A DNA stretch of 64,000 bases from the human T2T-CHM13v2.0 reference genome, Homo sapiens: NCBI RefSeq assembly GCF_009914755.1, contig NC_060933.1; one strand, given 5' to 3'. The notes under the pieces are model-generated. The model did not search any database. It was not told the DNA's origin and worked only from the letters and a program-made list of their open reading frames with translations. This document shows, piece after piece, positions 55,826-64,000 of this stretch (the stretch's first letter is position 1; each line of letters begins with the position of its first letter). The translations under genes were made by a program, and so were the position numbers.

Positions 55826-56964
55826 CATATTTGTTACACTTTTTTAGCTATTGTTGTCCAAGAGTACTCTTACTTTTGAGATACTTTCTTTATTTCACTG
55901 TTCAGAATTTTTATATTTGTATGATTTAACAAAATAATCGGTAAATTTCATTTTTGGGGATTAAAAATTAGGTTGTGGAAGCTACATTAGGTTGTGGAAG
56001 TTGTGCCCCATCTGAGACAAATCTTGGATTAATCAGTGATTGATTAAATTATTGAAAGTTTAGTTATTCAAAGAAATTGGCATAGAAGTACATTAAGCTA
56101 AGCTTTATCTGGTAAGATGGAGAACTAACATGATGTGGGCTTCTTTCTGTGACCACAACCCTGGAAATGACACAGAAATCAGCATCTAATACTAAAAGAT
56201 GTGAGAAACCCTTGCAGTTACAAACTACAGTAAAGTCTGCGAGTAGAGAAAAAAATGACAGCAAAGAGCAGAAAACTGAGATGTAAGGAAACCAGAATAT
56301 GCTGGGGCGGAAGTTTTTAGTGGTCATCATTCCTTTTCATTGCATTCCTGTATTTTTTTCTGCTCTTTCAATAGTTAGAGTACCCACAGTGTGCAAGGCA
56401 CTCTTCTAAATACTGAGAATACACTACAGAGCCAGAAAGACAAAACTTTGACCAAATGGAGCTCCCATTCTAGCAAAACTAGAGTTGAAAAGAGACCACT
56501 GCTAACTCCTTTAAAGCCATTTTGGAGTCGGCCAGGCAGAATATGACTCAACCTAGCTTGGAAAATGAGGAAATAGTGACAAACGCAGAAAGACCATCTG
56601 AACCCTAGGCATTCTCCTCTAACCCAGCTACTCCATACAATGAGTGTTAGGATGGTGATTAAAACTGAGGGAGACCAGTCTTGGTAAACAGCACCACCCA
56701 GGACACGTGAATACACCAACTTTTATGGAGGAGGAAGGCAAACAAAGGGTGGCAGAATCCAGTTATTTCCTAAGGAGTCCTTCATTCTAAACACTTCTGG
56801 TGGGTCAATCTTGAGCCTGATTTTAGTGCCATGTATTCTTAATCAGCATAATAAATCTTACTAGGAAAAAATAGGCCTCAAAGGAATTCAATGACTCTAA
56901 AATAAAATACATGTATATCAAAGACAACCAGATTTACAAAAATTAACAATAGTTTAAAATATGT

Positions 56965-57271
56965 GACCATGTGTGGTGGTTTACGTCTGTAATCCCAGCA
57001 CTTTGGGAGTCCAAGACAGGAGCATTGCTTGAAGCTAGGAGTTTGAGATCAGCTCGGGCAACCAAGAGAGCCCCTGTCTCTACAAAATAAATAATAATTA
57101 AAAAAAATAGCTAGGTGTGGCGGCATGCACTTGTAGTCCCAGTTACCAAGGAGGCTGAGGCAGGAGAATCTCTTGAGCCCAGGAGGTCAAGGCTGCAGTT
57201 AGCTAGGAGGCTGTCACCACTGCACTTGCTCCAGCCTGAGTAACCGAAAGACACTCTGAAGAAAAAAAAAA
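56965..57271 (+). mobile_element. AluJ
   Basis: Diverged dimer with ttgagcccaggaggtcaaggctgcag. Confidence 0.92.
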
Positions 57272-57768
57272 GTTAAAATAAATCCAAAAATATGTATAGT
57301 AAATGTTCTCAAAGACATAAGGCACAATATTTGAACCTGAAGAAGAAATTAGCAATCATAAAATATTTTTTCAGTATGAAAACCATATCTGTTGAAATGA
57401 AGGATTAAATATATGGTATAAACAGCAGAAGGGTTAAATTTGAGGAGTGCTCATTAGTGAGATGGAAGATAATGTTCAAATAATAACAAATTTTTTTTTT
57501 TAAATTTAGAAAACTAGACTTCACATGTACTGCTGATGGGAGTACAGACTGATGCAACTATCCAGAGAGCAATGTGGAGTGAAATGAAATCCAAACCTAT
57601 GAACCAGCAGTCCTACTCTTGATCCACATGGCAAATAAACTTAAGTTTAAACTCATGAAAGGATACGGTATCCAGTAGAGACAATTGTTGTTGCAGGGAG
57701 TTGGAAGGAGGCAAAGAATCTATCACTGTAATACACACACACACAATTGTTTATAAAAATGGAATACA

Positions 57769-58194
<426 letters not shown>

Positions 58195-58409
58195 TCAAAA
58201 ACAACCACAAAATTTTATAGTTTTCAAAAAATGCATATTCAAGGGTCTACCACAAACACATGAATGCAATTGAAGTAAGAGGGAGAAGCAGAAGGAAATA
58301 AAAATAGAGATTAGAGATTAGGGCAAGATAAAATAATTAGATAAAATAAACCAAGAAATTCCTATTTTATTTATCATGATAAGAATGTACTTTAAAAAGA
58401 GGATGACTA

Positions 58410-59736
58410 CATAAAATGAGTTAGGGAGGAGTACCTCTTTTTCTATTGTTTGGAATAATTTCAGAAGGAATGATACCAGTTCCTCTTTGTACCTCTGGTA
58501 GAATTTGGCTGTGAATCCGTCTGGTCCTGGGCCTTTTTTTTTGGTTGGTAGGCTATAATTACTGCCTCAATTTCAGAACTTGTTATTGATCTATTCAGGG
58601 ATTTGACTTCTTCTTGGTTTAGTCTTGGGAGAGTGGATGTGTCCAGGAATTTATAAATTTTTTCTAGATTTTCTAGTTTATTTGTGTAGAGGTTTTTATA
58701 GTATTCTCTGATGGTAGTTTGTATTTCTGGGGGATCAGTAGTGATATCCCCTTTATCATTTTTTATTGTGTCTATTTGAGTCTTCTCTCTTTTCTTCTTT
58801 ATTAGTCTGGGTAGTGGTCTATCTATTTTGTTGATCTGTTCAAAAAAACCCCTCCTGGATTCATTGATTTTTTGAAGGACTTTTCATGTCTCTATCTCCT
58901 TCAGTTCTGCTCTGATTTTAGTTGTTTCTTGTCTTCTGCTAGCTTTTGAATTTGTTTGCTCTTGCTTCTCTAGTTCTTTTAATTGTGATGTTAGGGTGTC
59001 AACTTTAGATCTTTCCTGCTTTCTCCTGTGGACACTTAGTGCTATAAATTTCCCTCTAAACATTGCTTTAGCTGTGTCCCAGAGATTCTGGTATGTTGTG
59101 TCTTTGTTCTCATTGTTTTCAAAGATCTTATTTCTTTCTGCCTTAATTTCATTATTTACCCAGTAGTCACTCAGGAGCAGCTTGTTCAGTTTCCATGTAA
59201 TTGTGCGGTTTTGAGTGAGTTTCTTAATCCTGAGTTCTAATTTGATTGCACTGTGGTCTGAGAGACTGTTTGTTATTATTTCCATTCTTTTGCATTTGCT
59301 GAGGAGTGTTTTACTTCCAATTATGTGGTCGATTTTAGAGTAAGTGTGATGTGGTACTGAGAAGAATGCATATTCTGTCGATTTGGGGTGGAGAGTTCTG
59401 TAAATGTCTACTAGGTATGCTTGGTCCAGAGCTGAGTTCAAGTCCTAAATATCCTTGTTAATTTTCTGTCTTCTTGATCTGTCTAATATTGACAGTGGGG
59501 TGTTAAAGTCTACCACTATTATTGTGTGGGAGTCTAAGTCTCTTTGTAGGTCTCTAAGAATTTGCTTTATCAATCTGGGTGCTCCTATATTGGGTGTATA
59601 TATATATATATATATATAATCGTTGGCACTCCTTGTTGCATTGATCCATTTACCATTATGTAATGCCCTTCTTTGTCTTTTTTCACTTTTGTTGCTTTAA
59701 AGTCTGTTTTATCAGATACTAGGTTTGCAACCCCTG
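58410..59736 (-). mobile_element. Inverted ORF2 segment (endonuclease to pre-RT region) of an L1PA element
   Basis: Minus ORFs 58884-59441 ([33 protein letters not shown]) and LVSDKTDFK..KDKEGHYIMV are the L1 APE-like endonuclease. Confidence 0.95.
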
Positions 59737-61336
59737 CAAGGCTACAGTAACCAAAACAGCATGGTACTGGTACCAAAATGGATATATAGACCAATGGAAC
59801 AGAACAGAGGCCTCAGAAATAATGCCACACATCTACAACCATCTGATCTTTGACAAACCTGACAAAAACAAGTAATGGGAAAAGTATTCCCTATTTAATA
59901 AATGGTGCTGGGAAACTAGCTAGCCATATACAGAAAACTGAAACTGGACCCCTTCCTTAACACCTTATACAAAAATTGACTCAAGCTGCATTGAAGACTT
60001 AAACATAAGACCTAAAACATTAAAACCCTAGAAGAAAGCCTAGTCAATACCATTCAGGACATAGACATGGGCAAAGACTTCATGACTAAAACACCAAAAG
60101 CAATAACAATCAAAATTGACAAATGAGATCTGATTAAACTAAAAAGCTTCTGCACAGCAAAAGAAACTATCATCAGAGTGAACAGGCAACCTAAAGAATG
60201 GGAGAAAATTTTTGCAATCTACCCATCTGACAAAGGGCTAATATCCAGAATCTACAAGGAACTTAAACAAATTTACAAGAAGAAAAAAAACAATCCCATC
60301 AAAAAGTGAGCGAAGCATACTAACAGACACTTCTCAAAAGAAGACATTTATGTGGCCAAAAAACACATGAAAAAAATTCAACACTGGGCTTTACAGAAAT
60401 GCAAATCAAAACCACAATGAGATAAAAATGATGAATTCATGTCCTTTGTAGGGACATGGATGAAGCTGGAAACCATCATTCTCAGCAAACTATCGCAAGG
60501 ACAAAAAAACAAACACTGCATGTTCTCACTCATAGGTGGGAATTGAACAATGAGAACACATGGACACAGGAAGGGGAGCATCACACACCGGGGCCTGTCG
60601 TGGGGTGGGGGGAGGGACGAGGGATAGCATTAGGAGATATACCTAATGTTAAATGATGAGTTAATGGGCGCAGCACACCAATATGGCACATGTATACATA
60701 TGTAACAAACCTGCATGTTGTGCACATATACCCTAAAACTTAAAGTATAATTAAAAAAAACCACAATGAGATGCCATCTGGCATAAGCCAGTTAGAATGG
60801 ATATCATTAAAAAGTTAGGAAAGAACAGATGCTGGAGAGGATGTGGAGAAATAGGAACGCTTTTACACTGTTGGTGGGAATGTATATTAGTTCAACCATT
60901 GTGGAAGACAATGTGGTGATTCCTCAAGGATCTAGAACCAGATATATCATTTGACCCAGGAATCCCTTTACTGGGTATATACCCACAGGATTATAAATCA
61001 TTCTACTATAAAGACACATGCACATGTATGTTTACGCAGCAGTATTCACAATAGCAAAGACTTGGGACCAACAAAAATGCTCATCAATGACAGACTGGAT
61101 AAAGAAAATGTGAAACATATACACCATGGAATACTATGCAACCATAAAAAGGATTAGTTCATGTCCTTCCTGGGGACACAGATGAAGTGGGAAACCATCA
61201 TTCTCAGCAAAAATACACAGGAACAGAAAAACAAATATCGCATGTTCTCACTCATAAGTGGGAGTTGAAAAACGAGAACACATGGACACAGGCAGGGGAA
61301 CATCACACACTGGGGCCTGTTGTGGGGTGGGGAGCT
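59737..61336 (+). mobile_element. Forward 3' ORF2/3'UTR part of the same L1PA (about PA7-8-like); tail missing
   Basis: Starts caaggctacagtaaccaaaacagcatggtactggtacc; ends in the 3'UTR at ggggtggggagcta. Confidence 0.93.
60424..60756 (+). mobile_element. Nested younger L1 3' end (L1PA4/5-like)
   Basis: 3'UTR plus short A tail; TSD aaaaccacaatgagat at 60408-60423 and 60757-60772. Confidence 0.93.
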
Positions 61337-62139
61337 AAATAAATATAAATATAATTTAAATATATACATAAATATAATATAAAATGTTATGACTAAATTC
61401 TTTGTTAAATAAAAAGTGAATGAACAAGTAAACAAATGAATCAATAAAGGTAGATCAGTAAGATTGGACCTGTTACGTTTCTGATACACTTCTGTCAGCA
61501 TCTATGCCAAGCTTTGCCTAATCACCTTAAGCTCCCAATGGTCCCAATTTCTTTATTCTTGACAAATGAACTCATTTCTACTTTATTGAAACCATCAGTG
61601 ACCATCTATAAAGAGCTCCTTTATGTACCTATAAATCATCCTAGCTCACATTTTCCTACATTTGAAATCACCCATTCTTGAATTTTCAGTGCCCATTGTC
61701 CAGACTAACTTTTCCACTAGAACTTTAAATTCAATCAATTCCTTTTATCTCTAGCATCAAATATTCTCTATCAGCTTTAAGCTGTTAATCCTCTGTGGTT
61801 CCTCCTGTACTAATGCAGACTCATGCTAGTCCATTCCAAAAGACCTCCTTGATATGGCTACTATTACATAGTCCTTCCTTTATTAAAAATATTTCATCTC
61901 TAACTCCCTATTGTAACAATGTGTTGTTATGCTTTAAGTTTCTTCCTAAAATTTTTCATTAATAACCTACTAAGAAATAAAATATACTAACTTATAGTAT
62001 TCTGTGACTAAGATATCTAAAGTTTGGTTTGATAGTCCATTTAAGGAGTAGATTTTCCCATCTCTCTCTTTGGGAAAAGGAACCTAGCCAAGCCCAGATT
62101 TGTGTGTCTATGTGAATCAGTAACACTTCAGGAAGGAAG

Positions 62140-62390
62140 TATGACATAGTGGTTAAGGTCACAATCTCTAAAATCAGACAAAGTATATTCAAATGCCAAT
62201 CTTAGCAGTTATTAGGTATGTAAAGTTGAAGAATTTCATTACATCTTCTGATACAATTTTCTCATCTGCAAAAGTGTGTATTGGTAGTATAGGCATTATA
62301 TTTTTGTGAAAATTAAATAAAACAATAAATACAAAATAATATTTTTAGTGTTAGGCTCATAGTAAAGGGTTACTATGTATTATTGTCATT
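62140..62390 (+). mobile_element. MIR
   Basis: atagtggttaagg..ctctaaaatcagac..ttcaaatgcca..ttttctcatctgcaaaa..gtgaaaattaaataa. Confidence 0.7.
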
Positions 62391-64000
62391 TCACTGTGGC
62401 TCTTATTTCTGAAGGACAGGACAGTCTACTAAATGTATTGTAATATAATGAAAATAAGCCATGTTATTCTATTATTTTGAAAAGTATCTCTGGTTTTTCA
62501 TTCATTAAAAAACATGCCTCTCTTTTGGGGACACTCCATTGTCCTTTTCTTCTAGTCACATTGAAGTCTGTTTGCCTTTGAAGGCAGCCACATTAACTCA
62601 CTGTCTACAGGGAAAAATCGCACCCCTTTTTATGGGAGGAAGTACAGATTTTTGATTCCTGAGTCCTGTTAATACAAGTAGCACCTCAGACTTTACCTAG
62701 ATTGATATCCCTCTTTCTCCATTTCTCAGCTTGCAAAATGGAGTGGGCAATTGTTTAAGGGGAAAAGTGTATGTGCTTTCAAATTCCAGTTCACTTCTCA
62801 TTAGTGAAAACTGTGGATTGGTGAATACAATTAATCTCCTGAATTATACTTTGCAAAAACAACCAACACTTTTTCTTAGACACAATACAATGCAATTTCA
62901 TACTAAAGAAAGAATGTTACCTATTAGCATAATCATGCCCATTATTTTAATAACAATAAATGGATATTCATTATCCATTTTTGTGCTGAGAATCATTTGG
63001 TGTTTTATTCCTTTCCTATAGACCTGAAGGTATCAAAATGCTACAGCAGTAGTAAATAGTAATCTTTGTTGTTAGAGAAAGAGGCAATGGTTTTGATTAC
63101 ATTCTGGTTTGAGGTAATCTGATTGTGATAGCATGTTTGGTGAGAAATTTGTGATCAATTTCTTTCTAACATTATTATTTACTGTAATATTTTTAAAATC
63201 TATCAACCTGTCCTTTTAAGGCTTCTATAACATGAACCTATCCTGAATATTTTTGTTTCTGTCTAATGCCTTATTTCTTTTCTTGATTTTTAACTTTCCA
63301 TCTAAACCATTACTTTTTCTCAAAATAGTGTAAACCATCATCTCTACGTAAATGAGTATACTAAAAATACATCATAATACCTATCCTGAGATCCAGTCTC
63401 AAATTTCCAACTTTTTTCTGGCCATTTTCATTTTTTACTTTGTTTTATGTATAAAGAAAACAAACAAAAACTAGCAAAAACATAAAACTGGCTCCAGCTC
63501 TTATGCCAGGTGCTATGAGTAAAGGACAAAGTTCCTGACTCAAGTTTCTCCTATTTATGTCAAAGGTACTATTGTCAAACTGATCAAAAATTTGTGGTCA
63601 CAGACATTGTCATTACCTTGGTTTGCCTATGCCTACTCATATACTTAATTTCTTTTTTTCAATGATTTCTCAAATTTATTTCTACTTTCTTTACCTTCTG
63701 TGACCCTTACACTTAAAAGGTGAAAGTGGAAGACAGTCTTTTGATTTTTTTTTTTTTGAATGCACAAAATACATGTTATTCCCTGACTCTCCTTTTGATG
63801 GATAGCCCTTTTTTGAGCAATTTACAATCATTTTCTTTTTTTGATTATTTATGAATAAAGTTCAAATTCTCACATCTAATATTCTAAATCCTTCATAATT
63901 TGTCCCAACATTTACTTCTAATTGTATATTCAAATATTCTGAAACAATCACATTATTCTGTCTAATGTATGCATTCTATACTTCTGAATGTTTTCTATGC

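Noticed and set aside
58884-59441. Longest ORF (185 aa) as a gene
   Set aside because: Fragment of L1 ORF2 endonuclease region within a rearranged, dead L1

Overview
AT-rich, CpG-poor primate DNA, probably hominoid or human, judged from AluY, L1PA3-like, THE1 and SVA2-like elements. Roughly half is interspersed repeat: L1s of many ages (two with 5' inversions and nested younger L1 3' ends), about 16 Alus, MaLR LTRs (a THE1D-like solo LTR, a full-length THE1, MLT1), hAT/Tigger MITEs, MIR and L2. I see no intact long protein-coding ORF: the ORF track is TE-derived or chance. Most young L1/LTR insertions point to +, and the repeat-poor islands at about 39-43.2 kb and 53.2-55.5 kb contain several small splice-site-bounded segments on the minus strand. 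Together these suggest the window is intronic in a long minus-strand gene that I cannot name. The firmest oddities are retrotransposition by-products: a 5'-inverted (twin-primed) Alu with TSDs, an SVA2-like element, a 33-nt tailless U2 retrocopy, a 29-nt L1 3' transduction and an 84-bp near-perfect tandem duplication. The more speculative ones are a candidate recursive splice site/20-nt exon, 12-63 nt candidate exons, two hairpins and candidate enhancer motifs. Subfamily names come from recalled consensus sequences, not from a search. I do not claim a confirmed new biological system.
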